Shown: positions 30,792 through 41,052, counted from the first letter of the stretch. The stretch: DNA of 64,000 nucleotides from a virus (IMGVR_UViG_3300042397_003635); one strand, 5' to 3'. Notes: generated by a model not told the origin, from the letters alone. Made by a program: numbers and translations.

Positions 30792-31226
30792 ATGCTTAAG
30801 AACTTTACTTCCTGGTTAACTGAACAAGCCGATCCAATGGCACCAGATGCAGCAATGCCTGTTCCGGGTGAAGCCGGAGCCCCAGCTGCAGCACCGGGTG
30901 AAAAGTCTCAAATTAGAGCAATTTTAATATCTAATCCAATTGGATCAGTCGATAAACCTGGCGACATGACAACTAAACAATATAATGAATATGTTTTAGA
31001 CATGGACCGAGTTAAAGAATGGATTGAAAAGAATGCAAAAGATTCTTCTCAAGATATATTAGACTATTTAAACGGAAAGGACGTTGATATTAAAGATTCA
31101 CATAAGAAATTTACAGCAGCGGTTCAAGCAAATGAGTTTGGAAAACCTCAAACTGTAATTGATGTAGATTTTACAAAAGATGGAGAACCAACAACAAAAG
31201 ATATTAATTTAATATTTTTAGCATAA
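30792..31226 (+). CDS. Hypothetical protein, possibly an internal head protein (N-terminal MLKNFTSWLTEQ)
   Basis: Late-type promoter AATAAATAGA at 30766-30775; L-x-E cleavage-like motif near the N-terminus. Confidence 0.55.
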   Translation: MLKNFTSWLTEQADPMAPDAAMPVPGEAGAPAAAPGEKSQIRAILISNPIGSVDKPGDMTTKQYNEYVLDMDRVKEWIEKNAKDSSQDILDYLNGKDVDIKDSHKKFTAAVQANEFGKPQTVIDVDFTKDGEPTTKDINLIFLA

Positions 31227-31888
31227 TGGAGCTTAGTGAAATTTCTCAAAATGTAACGGACGATATCCTTCGATTAATTCAGAAAAATTCTGGAAAGATC
31301 GGAAGATATCGTTCTTTTACTTTAGAATATACTAAGCCTCTTTATTTTGAGTTAACTGTAAATATTAAAGTTACCGAAACTCTATTTGGATCAAGAGATT
31401 TATATTTTAAGAATATTCCATCTGAGGTTTTAAAATTTGAAAGATTTGGCCATGCAATAGACGGGGACTCCTTTGGTGGAGACTCAGAAGATGGGGCCGA
31501 AATTGAAATTTCAGTTGCAGTTGATCCAACTCAAATAACTTCACAAAAATTAAAGTCTAGACTACTTGATGTAGTTAGACATGAAATTGAACATATTGTT
31601 CAGCGAGGCCCAAATTTTTCAGCTGACCATAAAGTTAAAATACCTAGACCAATTACTAGAGAATCTGCAAAGTCAGATTATCGCTATTTTATCTTAAGCG
31701 ATGAAATACCTGCACAAGTTAGAGGACTTGCTGAAGAAGCTCAGCACTCTGGCCAAACAGTTAAAGAATGTGCAATTGAATACTTAACCCCATTCCTAGA
31801 ACTAGGATTTATTACCCAGGAGCAAATCAATATTGTTCTCACCACCTGGAAAAACTGGGCAATCCAACATAATATTAAATTCGAGTAA
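31226..31888 (+). CDS. Putative zincin metallopeptidase (HExxH)
   Basis: RHEIEHIVQ followed by a downstream Glu (DEIPAQVRG); coupled by TAATG to the upstream late gene. Confidence 0.55.
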   Translation: MELSEISQNVTDDILRLIQKNSGKIGRYRSFTLEYTKPLYFELTVNIKVTETLFGSRDLYFKNIPSEVLKFERFGHAIDGDSFGGDSEDGAEIEISVAVDPTQITSQKLKSRLLDVVRHEIEHIVQRGPNFSADHKVKIPRPITRESAKSDYRYFILSDEIPAQVRGLAEEAQHSGQTVKECAIEYLTPFLELGFITQEQINIVLTTWKNWAIQHNIKFE

Positions 31889-31946
31889 AACTTTGGCAGT
31901 TTATTGGGTAAAATATCTATAATAAACTTAAAAAACCAAAGTAACA

Positions 31947-32972
31947 ATGGATTTATTCAATTTAAACACCGACGACTTTACCGCGCCAAAAGCAGGCACC
32001 GCACGCAAAGTAGATGAAAACCTCTACAATCCTGGACCAGATCAAGCTCAAAATGGAGTTTATCGTTCAGTAATCAGATTTATTCCTTGGATCGGGGATC
32101 CAGCTAAGAGTAAGTACAAAAAGTACTATGCTCGAATGACAAACCCTTTGACTGGTGAAAGATTTACAATCGATTGCCCTTCTTCATTAGGAAAATCTTC
32201 AATCTTATGGACTCTTGATCTAGAGCTTCGTAAATTAGCAAACGAAGAACCAGAAATTGTAAAAGAGATTCAAAAGAATTTCATGAGAGCTTACAATTAT
32301 TACTCTCTTGTTTACATTAAGAAAGACCCTCAGTTTCCACAGCTTGAAGGAAAAATTAAAGTGTATAGCTTTGGCTACAACATTGATAATTTGATCCAGC
32401 AAGAATTGAGTCCAGAAGCAGAATTGATGAACATCAAGAAAATCAATCCTTACTCAATGTTGGAAGGAAAGGACATGGTACTTGTAGTAAAACGTAAAAC
32501 TAAGAGCTGGAGAGATTATTCTTCTTCTAAATTTATGTCAGAAACAAGTCCACTAATCCTAAAATTAGATGACGGTCGTGAACTTCCAGTAAATGGAGAA
32601 GAAAAAGTTCAAACCTATGTAAAAGGATTCTTGGAGAAAAATTCTCCAGATCTAGGTCAATACTTCTACAAAGAATGGTCTGACTCAGATTATGAAAAGG
32701 TTGCAGAATTTATTAAAGCAATTATTCCTCACAAATCTATTCTTGATGCAGTATTAGCAAACACAAGAGATGAGAAAATCAAACCTTACTTCTCTGCAAT
32801 TAAGTCTGCTCAACCAGTAAACCGAGTAGTAGCAGACGATTTAGATTTTGCTACACCATCTAAACCAATTTCAACTAATGCATTTGATGATTTCGATTCA
32901 GCTCCAGCACCAGCTGCTCCAGCTAAGTCTACACCATCTAATGATTTTGATGACTTATTGGCAGATCTTTAA
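31947..32972 (+). CDS. gp32: T4 gp32-like single-stranded DNA-binding protein
   Basis: VIRFIPW, IDCP, YYSLVYIKKDPQFPQLEGKIKVYSFG, DYSSSKF, acidic tail DDFDDLLADL. Confidence 0.85.
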   Translation: MDLFNLNTDDFTAPKAGTARKVDENLYNPGPDQAQNGVYRSVIRFIPWIGDPAKSKYKKYYARMTNPLTGERFTIDCPSSLGKSSILWTLDLELRKLANEEPEIVKEIQKNFMRAYNYYSLVYIKKDPQFPQLEGKIKVYSFGYNIDNLIQQELSPEAELMNIKKINPYSMLEGKDMVLVVKRKTKSWRDYSSSKFMSETSPLILKLDDGRELPVNGEEKVQTYVKGFLEKNSPDLGQYFYKEWSDSDYEKVAEFIKAIIPHKSILDAVLANTRDEKIKPYFSAIKSAQPVNRVVADDLDFATPSKPISTNAFDDFDSAPAPAAPAKSTPSNDFDDLLADL

Positions 32973-32993
32973 TCTTTAAAATAATTTAAATAC

Positions 32994-33308
32994 ATGTCAC
33001 AAGAACAAGTAAATGCTGAGGCAACTCCTCAACCAGAATTACAGAAGACATATTTGTTATCTACCATTTCTTACACAGATAAGGCAGACTACGATAAGTT
33101 TTTAGAAAATTTGTCTCCTGAACATGCACTAATAGTGTTAATTTCAGCAGCAAATCATGGACAACTTAAAGGAGCATATAATTTGGATGAAGCTGAACTT
33201 ATTGCAAAAGCAATTCGTAAAATTACTCCATCTGCTGCTCAAGAAGAACAACCCGCAGAAGAGGAAGCTCCTAAGAAAGCAAAAACTACTGCTAAAAAAG
33301 CTAAATAA
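32994..33308 (+). CDS. Hypothetical protein (104 aa)
   Basis: Co-directional ORF with A-rich leader, coupled to rnh; Lys/Ala-rich C-terminal tail. Confidence 0.65.
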   Translation: MSQEQVNAEATPQPELQKTYLLSTISYTDKADYDKFLENLSPEHALIVLISAANHGQLKGAYNLDEAELIAKAIRKITPSAAQEEQPAEEEAPKKAKTTAKKAK

Positions 33309-34420
33309 TGAATATAGTAATTGATGGAAATGCTTTTCTTAACGTATCCGCTTCTATTGTCAAAAATATGTTACATAATGACAAAAGAATTGGCGAAAAG
33401 TACTTTGTCAATGATCTATTGGATGACAGCAAGTTTATGCTTAAACAGCAAGCTGCTGTAACATTTAGAAATTTTGTTATCAACTACTTCAGCTCCATTG
33501 TTTCTCCATTTAAGGGAAGCGCTGGAGCTGTTTTTTTCGTTTTTGACTCAAAAAGCTGGAGAAAAGAATATATTAAACAATTCTTTGCAACAGAAGAAGA
33601 CAGAAAAGACGACCAATTTGAATATAAAGGCAATCGAAAATACGATGATAAAATATATCTTTTCTTTGAATTATTTCAAAATGAGATATTATCAGACTTA
33701 AAGGAAATGGGAGCAGTATCTTCCAGAATACTTGGAGCTGAGGGCGACGACTTAATCGCGCATATCGTTGATAATTTTGAAGGAGATATTTGTATTTGGT
33801 CAGTAGATAAGGATTTAATTCAATTGTTAGAAAGTGGCAAACGCTCAGTTATATTAGTTACACCAAAAATGATGACTAAAAATAAAAGAGTATTTGTTGC
33901 ACATAAAAAACAAGAAGAAGCCTCAATTGATATTTTTAATTTTGAATCAGCTGTTGATAATTCTAATATTGATGAACTTCTTAGAGAATTTACTCAAAGA
34001 GATTTTGTTAAATATGAAGTAGACCCAGCCGAAGAGCTTATGTTAAAGATATTAGGTGGAGATCCATCTGATGCAATTCCTAGAGTCCATCCAAAGATGA
34101 CAAAGTCTAAGATTGAAGCAGTAATTTCTAAACTTAAAGAAAATGAAGGAGACTGGTCAATCCTTGTACATAAACTAAGAACCAATGATCCTTATGTAAA
34201 GGATATGATTGTTGAAGCTAGTACAAAAGAGCTTAAATTAACTACCCAAGAGCTACAGGATCAATTCAGAAAGACCTTGGACTTTAATATTAAGATTATA
34301 TGTCTTTCAATAGATCATGTCCCTGCGAAGCTCTCTGGCTCAATACGAGAGTCGTTTGACTTTACCTCTATAAAGAGATTTGACATTAACTCATTTAAAA
34401 AATATCATTCTACAAAATGA
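33308..34420 (+). CDS. rnh: T4 RNase H-like 5'-3' exonuclease (FEN/PIN fold)
   Basis: IVIDGN, FVFDSKSWRK, YKGNR, EGDDLIA, SVDKDLIQL, GDPSDAIP. Confidence 0.9.
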   Translation: MNIVIDGNAFLNVSASIVKNMLHNDKRIGEKYFVNDLLDDSKFMLKQQAAVTFRNFVINYFSSIVSPFKGSAGAVFFVFDSKSWRKEYIKQFFATEEDRKDDQFEYKGNRKYDDKIYLFFELFQNEILSDLKEMGAVSSRILGAEGDDLIAHIVDNFEGDICIWSVDKDLIQLLESGKRSVILVTPKMMTKNKRVFVAHKKQEEASIDIFNFESAVDNSNIDELLREFTQRDFVKYEVDPAEELMLKILGGDPSDAIPRVHPKMTKSKIEAVISKLKENEGDWSILVHKLRTNDPYVKDMIVEASTKELKLTTQELQDQFRKTLDFNIKIICLSIDHVPAKLSGSIRESFDFTSIKRFDINSFKKYHSTK

Positions 34421-34731
34421 ATTCACCAATAATCCCAATTTACGATCGAGTGGTTCTTCAACCAGACGAGCAAAATAAAAAAACTGAAACAGGTATTATT
34501 CTTCCACCTGACACCAGAAAGCGCTCAAATAGCGGAACTGTTATTGCAGTCGGTAATGGTTTAGAGCGACCTATTCCATTGGAACCAGGAGATAGAGTAA
34601 TCTATCAGCGCCATGCAGGTTTAGATATGCAATGGAATGGCGAAAACTATCTAGTAGTTCTTGCCCATGAAATTGTTGCTAAAATTGTAGCAGACTCTGT
34701 TCCAACCTTTGTTGAACCAGGCGAAAGATAA
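34417..34731 (+). CDS. groES: Co-chaperonin GroES (Cpn10)
   Basis: PIYDRVVL, mobile loop KTETGIILP, GTVIAVGNG, PGDRVIY. Confidence 0.92.
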   Translation: MNSPIIPIYDRVVLQPDEQNKKTETGIILPPDTRKRSNSGTVIAVGNGLERPIPLEPGDRVIYQRHAGLDMQWNGENYLVVLAHEIVAKIVADSVPTFVEPGER

Positions 34732-34750
34732 TCTGATTTAACTTCATAAA

Positions 34751-34773
34751 AAAAGCCGCATTAAGCGGCTTTT
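34751..34773. terminator. Bidirectional intrinsic terminator between convergent groES and tail sheath genes
   Basis: AAAAGCCGC-ATTAA-GCGGCTTTT with A and T tracts on both sides. Confidence 0.85.
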
Positions 34774-34796
34774 CTTGTTTATTGAGAGTCTTCTTA

Positions 34797-37700
34797 TTAG
34801 AAAGAAGGAATAAATCCAGTAGCTTGAGAAGAAAGACCTCCACCAACTTTTGTAATTGTAATACGGTTGATGAATTTGTGAATACCTCTTGGGAAATCTA
34901 AGAATACGTCAATTATTGCTGTATTTGCAGATAATACCTCTGGGCCATTATTTGTTGTATCAAATACCACAGTGTATGTTGCAATACCTTGTGCATTCTT
35001 CGCTCTCTCCAAATATCCTTCAACTAGAGTTTTAATTCTTAGGCGAGTAATCTCATCATTAAAATCAAATAGGAAGTTGAATAGGATTCTTTCGATATCT
35101 TTTTCAATTGTTGCAAGAGCTTCTCTAACGTGAATGTTGTTAAGAGCTGAATTAATTTTTTGATATGCAGTATTGTTTGTGAATACCATAATACCAAAAC
35201 CTCTTCTTCTAACAATCATATTAAAACCAGCTGGTTCTAGATAGTCTCTGTCTTCTTGTGATAATTCATATTCAACATTAACTACATCAGAATCTCCGAT
35301 TATACCGTGTTTACCTGCTACAATTGAGAAAGGTCTGCCGGATTCATACTTATTCATAAATGCATTTGCAACATACGCTGCAGGTGGAACTGATTTATTT
35401 CTTCCATTGTCATTTACAATTAAGTTAGGCATAAAGTATGCAGCATAAGATCCCATTGGAACTCCATTAACTTCTTCATCTACAAATCTAAATGTTGTAG
35501 TTGGATTAAGATCCAAATTACCACCATCTGCGATATGTTTAGCAGAAACTAATTTTGTAGTTACATCAGCAAATGAAGGTTCAGTTGATAATTCAAGTTG
35601 TCTAATTGATGGAGAGTTTAGGATAGCTAAACACTGTCCGTTATCTGCTGCAATTTTTGCTAAATAATATTTAGAAGAACCTGAAATATCTCCTTCAAAT
35701 GTATCAATAATGTATCTAAAATCTACGATTTCGCCTTCAGCTAACGTCTTAGCGATATTTGTATTTTCATACAACCATCCTAAAATATCAGATTGACGGG
35801 CAGATGTTCCATTAGGAAGTTGAGCATCTCTCATTGTAAATCCTCCTAGTTTTACACCTTTTGCTGCAGTAATATAATTTCTAATACCTTTATGGAAAAT
35901 TATATTTGAATCAATATCAATACCAATAATTGTTGAATCACTAGGTACTAACGTTGTAACTACAAAGTTCTTATAGGTTTTTACAGTAGTTGTTGTGTAA
36001 CCAGGAACTAAAGCTTTTGTAAACGTGTAAGTTCCACCGCTAACTCCGGTAGTTGGAGTAGATAGAGTTAATACTAAACCTACTTTATTTGTTACCGTAG
36101 TATTTGGTGCAATACCTGTACCAGATACAGCACATCCAATTACAATATTTGCATTTGCTGCGCTTAGCGTAATGTCAGTTGCTGCTGCGATAAATGCATC
36201 TACTGCGATTCCACTTTCATTAACTGCAGGCACGGCTGGCGTAGGTACTGAACTGTTTGAAATAATATCAGTTCCAGCAACTGAAACAATTTTTAAGAAT
36301 CTTGAACGACCTGCTCCATTTGCTTTAGCTTTAACATAATAGTTAGGCTTTACAAATTCTGTAACTTCTGCTAAATAAGAAGCATTGCTTGCTGTTACTA
36401 CAGGAGAAGCATTTCCTACCGTTACTGAAGTTGAACTAAGAACTTTCATCTCAATTTTATTAAGAGAAAGCTTAGTTGTTGTAATTTCAGCAACGTTATT
36501 ATTTGCAGCAAGTTCAGCAGCAAAATCAAATACTTTCGTAGTTGAGTTTGTTCCGTGAATGTCTAACGAAAGTTTAACAAAAGTATCAACTACTGTAATT
36601 ACTGGAATAGTTGCGCTCTGGTTAGTTAAAGTAATGTTATCGAAACACTTAATTTTAATATAGTTTTTGGTAACTAAGTTAACTACTTCAGTAAATCCTG
36701 ATTCAACTTTAACATATTTAGATGCAGTCGTTCCATTTTGAGTAGTAATAAAACCATTACCTGTTACAATAAATCCGTCATACCATGCTTTATAAAGTTG
36801 AGTACCTTCACGAGCAATAATAATTTGATTACCATTCTCAGTTACAACTCTACATGAATCAGAAATTCCAGTTGTAACTTCAAATACTGCAGTATTTTTA
36901 ACAGGAGCTTTATAACCAAGTACATCTAATTTAGCATTAGCATCGGTGTAATCTCCAGTGAAACCGTTATCGATAAAGTAATCTTGGAAATCTGCTGCAA
37001 TAAGGTCCATGTAACCATGTCCAGCTAAATCGATTCTGTGAGAATCCATAGAAGCATTTGCAAATGCAGTTTCAAGATCGATTAATTCGATTTTATTTTC
37101 ATCTAATGCGCAAAATAATTCGGTTTGAGAGAATAGTCTATTGAATACTCTATCAATTGAAATATCTGCACCAGATGCGTCTTTAAATTGAGGAATTAGT
37201 GAACCGTTTACTCTTGCGATATTCTTAACTTCTCTTAAGTTTAAGAATCCGTTAATCTTAGACATAATAATACCTCTTTCATTGAAGTATGATTTGTAAA
37301 CAGGGTCGTTTGCAAGTCTTGCATTATCTGTCCAATCACCTTCTACGGCGATTAATTCGATGATATAGTCAGCAACAATATCATCTGGGTGAAGATATGT
37401 CGGAATAGTTACTTTATCACCACCGGTAACTTTGTAATATTCCTTAATTGTTACATCGTATCCAGCAACATCAGCTAGTTTTGCCCAAACAGTAACTGGG
37501 CGCTTTCCTAGGTTAACAATAGAAAAAATCTTATTGTCATCTTCTGAGCTCAACGCGTTATTTTTAGTTCTGTTGAACTGGTCTTCGTCAGCATACCATA
37601 ATTTCTGTGTGTTAAAGAAACTAGAAAGTGGTTGCTCGAATGCAGATGCAGTAAAGTCTGAATTAAATGATCCAGATTCAGTGTTGAATGTTGCAAATGT

Positions 37701-38009
37701 TACTTTGTCTAATGTATCGTCAGTTGGCAATACGTTCAAAGCATAAACTGGGCCTTTTCTTAGCGCTACTTCTAGTGTTCTATGGAAATAACTGCCCTTG
37801 CTTTCAAGTTTAGTGTCTCTTTCACCATAAACTGCTAGCGCACTGTTTAAGTCGCTTAAAGCCACAACTGTATTGATTGGTCCTCTTTTGCTAGATCCGA
37901 TAACTAATCGGCCAGTTCCTAGAGGTAATGCAATGTTTTGGCTCTCATCGATTTCGACTGTGTAGACGCCACTTGATTTAAAGCGATTGAGATTTAATTT
38001 TTGTGCCAT
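34797..38009 (-). CDS. gp18: Contractile tail sheath protein (T4 gp18-like, 1070 aa)
   Basis: SSGVYTVEIDES N-terminus; VPPAAYVA, ALNNIHVREAL, FLFDFNDEITR, VFDTTNNGPEV C-terminal sheath motifs. Confidence 0.9.
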   Translation of the reverse strand: MAQKLNLNRFKSSGVYTVEIDESQNIALPLGTGRLVIGSSKRGPINTVVALSDLNSALAVYGERDTKLESKGSYFHRTLEVALRKGPVYALNVLPTDDTLDKVTFATFNTESGSFNSDFTASAFEQPLSSFFNTQKLWYADEDQFNRTKNNALSSEDDNKIFSIVNLGKRPVTVWAKLADVAGYDVTIKEYYKVTGGDKVTIPTYLHPDDIVADYIIELIAVEGDWTDNARLANDPVYKSYFNERGIIMSKINGFLNLREVKNIARVNGSLIPQFKDASGADISIDRVFNRLFSQTELFCALDENKIELIDLETAFANASMDSHRIDLAGHGYMDLIAADFQDYFIDNGFTGDYTDANAKLDVLGYKAPVKNTAVFEVTTGISDSCRVVTENGNQIIIAREGTQLYKAWYDGFIVTGNGFITTQNGTTASKYVKVESGFTEVVNLVTKNYIKIKCFDNITLTNQSATIPVITVVDTFVKLSLDIHGTNSTTKVFDFAAELAANNNVAEITTTKLSLNKIEMKVLSSTSVTVGNASPVVTASNASYLAEVTEFVKPNYYVKAKANGAGRSRFLKIVSVAGTDIISNSSVPTPAVPAVNESGIAVDAFIAAATDITLSAANANIVIGCAVSGTGIAPNTTVTNKVGLVLTLSTPTTGVSGGTYTFTKALVPGYTTTTVKTYKNFVVTTLVPSDSTIIGIDIDSNIIFHKGIRNYITAAKGVKLGGFTMRDAQLPNGTSARQSDILGWLYENTNIAKTLAEGEIVDFRYIIDTFEGDISGSSKYYLAKIAADNGQCLAILNSPSIRQLELSTEPSFADVTTKLVSAKHIADGGNLDLNPTTTFRFVDEEVNGVPMGSYAAYFMPNLIVNDNGRNKSVPPAAYVANAFMNKYESGRPFSIVAGKHGIIGDSDVVNVEYELSQEDRDYLEPAGFNMIVRRRGFGIMVFTNNTAYQKINSALNNIHVREALATIEKDIERILFNFLFDFNDEITRLRIKTLVEGYLERAKNAQGIATYTVVFDTTNNGPEVLSANTAIIDVFLDFPRGIHKFINRITITKVGGGLSSQATGFIPSF

Positions 38010-38013
38010 TTCG

Positions 38014-38093
38014 GTCCTACTATTTTTAAGTTATTTATTTAACTTAGGACTCATGATTTTGGTCTAGATTGTCCTTTGCTATCATTATTTATC
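38014..38093 (-). promoter_or_regulatory. Tandem late promoters (38030-38039 and 38084-38093); the proximal one lies in a hairpin reaching the sheath translation start
   Basis: Minus strand reads GTCCT-AAGTTA-AATAAA-TAACTT-AAAAATAGT-AGGAC-CGAA-ATG; GATAAATAAT further upstream. Confidence 0.65.
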
Positions 38094-38157
38094 ATCGTAA
38101 AGATCTTAGTATATCTAAGACAGTATAAGAAATTACTAAAAACCCAATTACTCACAA

Positions 38158-38646
38158 ATGAATGCAATGAAAAGAACTCCAAAACCTCTATCTAGAGGAG
38201 AATTAATTAGATTTATTAAGATTGGTGACGTAAAAACTCCCGAATATGGAACTCCAGGGTCGGCTGGTATCGACTTTTTTGTTCCAAATGATTTTAAATC
38301 AGTTTTTCTTGAGCCAGGCGAATCAGTTTTAATCCCAAGCGGTATTCGTGCAAGGCTTCCTCTACATACAGCCCTAATCGCATTTAATAAAAGCGGAGTT
38401 GCTACAAAAAAGAGACTCCAAGTTGGCGCCCAAGTAGTAGATTGTGATTACCAAGGAGAGATCCACCTCCATCACTATAATTGTGGAACAACCGATCAAT
38501 TAATTTCGCCAGGCGATAAGATAGTTCAGTTTATTTTAACCCCAATTATTAAAGCCAAATTAATTGAATGTCACAGTGAAGAAGAGGTATTTCCAACTCA
38601 GTCAGAAAGAGGTTCTGGCGGATTTGGTTCCACTGGAACAAATTAA
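38158..38646 (+). CDS. dut: Trimeric dUTPase
   Basis: GSAGIDF, IPSGI, FNKSG, VVDCDYQGEI, GDKIVQF, ERGSGGFGSTG (motifs 1-5). Confidence 0.93.
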   Translation: MNAMKRTPKPLSRGELIRFIKIGDVKTPEYGTPGSAGIDFFVPNDFKSVFLEPGESVLIPSGIRARLPLHTALIAFNKSGVATKKRLQVGAQVVDCDYQGEIHLHHYNCGTTDQLISPGDKIVQFILTPIIKAKLIECHSEEEVFPTQSERGSGGFGSTGTN

Positions 38647-38675
38647 TTGGTATATTAACCCAAAGTAAGATAAAA

Positions 38676-40055
38676 ATGATAATAAGCTCAGAATTTAAGC
38701 AAGACGATTCTAAACTAGTAGTTTCATATTATGATGATGCAGGTAATGTTGCATATGCGGTAAAGCATATCCACGATGCGGATCAATTCAATTGGAAATT
38801 GACAGGTCGCCCTTCAGAATATCGAAATTGGGATAATAAATTTGTTGACAAAAGTAAAAGTAAATGGCTTAGCCGATTCAGAATCGAAGAGCTTATTCAA
38901 ACCCGTTTTTCTGAAGAAGAACTTGCTCAAATCTATTCTGACCATAATCCAAAGAAATACTTTCTCGATATTGAGATTCAGTTAACTTCAAACGAGTTCC
39001 CTGATCCAGCTAAAGCTGCCATGCCAGTTAACCTAATTTCATTTTGTGGTCCAGATAATGTGACGTATATTCTATCAACCATGAAAAAACTTGATAATGA
39101 AGCCATTTCTAAAATGGAATCAGAAATCAATGAATATTTAAGTGCTCAAGGCCAGGTCTTTACTATTAAATATATGTTCTTTGAGAAAGAAGAAGACTTA
39201 ATGTCAACCTTCTTTCATAGAATTCTTCCTAAACTTCCATTTATTACTGGTTGGAATGTAATTGAGTTTGACTGGAAATATCTAATCAATCGCTGTAAGC
39301 GCCTTAATATTAAACCAATGGAATCTATGGTTTGTGATAAGCTTATTGGTAAAGGTCAATCTCCAGTTCACTTAGGCCTTCTCGATTATCTTGAAGTATT
39401 TATGAACCTTAAACCAATTAAGGTTGTTGAAAACTATAAATTAGATTATATTTCACAATTGGTGCTTGGTGTAAGTAAATTACATCACGATTATGGATCA
39501 ATGATGGAAGCTCAGCAAGATGTTGAAAACTTCGTAAAGTATAACGCGATTGACGTTATGCTAGTTAAACTAATTGAAGACAAATTAAGTCTTCTTGATG
39601 TAGCATTTGCTATTTCTAAAACTGCACAAGTCGATGTATCAAAAGTCTTTAGTGCAGTGTTTATTACAGAATCCCTAATGTGTCGCCACTTTTTACGAGA
39701 TGGCAAGAAAATGGCTTCAGATAAACGCGATCTAGCTGAACAAGTAACGTATGAAGGTGCTTATGTAAGTAAACCTGTTCCAGGTCACCACAAATACGTT
39801 TCATGTTTTGACTTCTCATCAATGTACCCTAACGTACAAATTCAATTTAATATTTCACCAGATACCTATTTAGGTAAAATGAAACCTGGTCATACTCTTA
39901 AAGAGGATGAAATCTATACAAAAAATGGTACTCTTTTTACTAAGAAAAAAGACTCTGCTGCAAGAGTTATTTTAAAGTCGATGTACGATCGACGTATGAG
40001 TATTAAAGGCCACATCACAGAATTAAAACAAGCAGCTAAAAAAGCAGCAAACTAA
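38676..40055 (+). CDS. polB: Family B DNA polymerase, N-terminal part only (exonuclease plus motif A); split gp43A-like
   Basis: FLDIE, ITGWNVIEFDWKYL, YNAIDV, YEGAYV, FDFSSMYPN, NISPDT. Stops before motif B (KxxxNSxYG) and motif C (YGDTDS). Confidence 0.88.
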   Translation: MIISSEFKQDDSKLVVSYYDDAGNVAYAVKHIHDADQFNWKLTGRPSEYRNWDNKFVDKSKSKWLSRFRIEELIQTRFSEEELAQIYSDHNPKKYFLDIEIQLTSNEFPDPAKAAMPVNLISFCGPDNVTYILSTMKKLDNEAISKMESEINEYLSAQGQVFTIKYMFFEKEEDLMSTFFHRILPKLPFITGWNVIEFDWKYLINRCKRLNIKPMESMVCDKLIGKGQSPVHLGLLDYLEVFMNLKPIKVVENYKLDYISQLVLGVSKLHHDYGSMMEAQQDVENFVKYNAIDVMLVKLIEDKLSLLDVAFAISKTAQVDVSKVFSAVFITESLMCRHFLRDGKKMASDKRDLAEQVTYEGAYVSKPVPGHHKYVSCFDFSSMYPNVQIQFNISPDTYLGKMKPGHTLKEDEIYTKNGTLFTKKKDSAARVILKSMYDRRMSIKGHITELKQAAKKAAN

Positions 40056-40648
40056 TGCTAAAATGGATAAAAAACAAAATAAACAAATATATGTACGATA
40101 TTGATGCACTTGCCCAAACAAGAGATTTTATTATGGGCAAAGATTACCAATGGGTAAACACACCAGACGATACTAAAATTGCAACTGTAACTAGAGTAAT
40201 TGATGTATTTAGTCGAGGCGGTCTAATTGCTGCCAAGTTAGAGGATGGCTCAGTTGTTAGTTTAGATGAATTAAACTCTAGGCTTATGGCAATTATGGAT
40301 GGACAAGAACCTTTAACTAGAGGCGAATGTATGTCTATTAGAGGACCAATTATTGATCCAAATAAGCCTAAAGCTGAACCTGTACAAGAATCAGCGACGC
40401 CTCAAGTCAAGGCAGTGATCCAACCAAATCCAAAGTCAGCTGGCATTTTTGAAATGTTTGCAACCGAGGAGTCTCTTCTAAACTTAAATCTAAGAGTGAA
40501 CTTACCGTCTATTAATCTATTAAAGATGATGTATAAAAGCTCACAGAATAAATCTGAATTTTTAACTGAATTAGCAAACCATATAAATAATCAAATAACA
40601 GCAGACCACATTAAAGATGCTCTGTTGAAAAAACTTGATTCTAAATAG
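40055..40648 (+). CDS. Hypothetical protein (197 aa)
   Basis: Coupled by TAATG to polB-N; no family recognised. Confidence 0.65.
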   Translation: MLKWIKNKINKYMYDIDALAQTRDFIMGKDYQWVNTPDDTKIATVTRVIDVFSRGGLIAAKLEDGSVVSLDELNSRLMAIMDGQEPLTRGECMSIRGPIIDPNKPKAEPVQESATPQVKAVIQPNPKSAGIFEMFATEESLLNLNLRVNLPSINLLKMMYKSSQNKSEFLTELANHINNQITADHIKDALLKKLDSK

Positions 40649-40998
40649 TGGAGCTAATTATTTTACCGATTGAGGTTTCTGACTCAGAAAAATTAAGAGC
40701 AATTTATTGCACGCCAGAAGGCGAACCAATAACAATACAAGTCGATCATGCAAAGGACGCATCAAGCTTTTCCGCAATTAAACGCATGTATCAAGAGCTT
40801 GGGGTAGAAGACTTAGACCAATCTAGAATATTTAAATTAGGAAAAATAGACAAGGATATTTGCTTTGCAGTTAACATTAGTGGATTAAAACCAGAATCAG
40901 AGTTAACCAGAGTTCCTTTTTATAAAATAATGCAGGGTGATTATTCAAACTCAAAATTACTTTCTGCAAGCTTCCTAACTATATCATACTTTGCCTAA
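40648..40998 (+). CDS. Hypothetical protein, possible degenerate Nudix fold
   Basis: SAIKRMYQELGV resembles a decayed Nudix box (AxRELxEExG). Confidence 0.4.
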   Translation: MELIILPIEVSDSEKLRAIYCTPEGEPITIQVDHAKDASSFSAIKRMYQELGVEDLDQSRIFKLGKIDKDICFAVNISGLKPESELTRVPFYKIMQGDYSNSKLLSASFLTISYFA

Positions 40999-41052
40999 GA
41001 TCCTTTATCCCCTGCTGTGTAAAAGAGGGTATAACAAAAGGATTAAATATTT

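Noticed and set aside
39960-40648. Split intein or frameshift joining polB-N to the next ORF
   Set aside because: No intein N-terminal block. The downstream ORF and nearby frames show no polymerase motif B or C.
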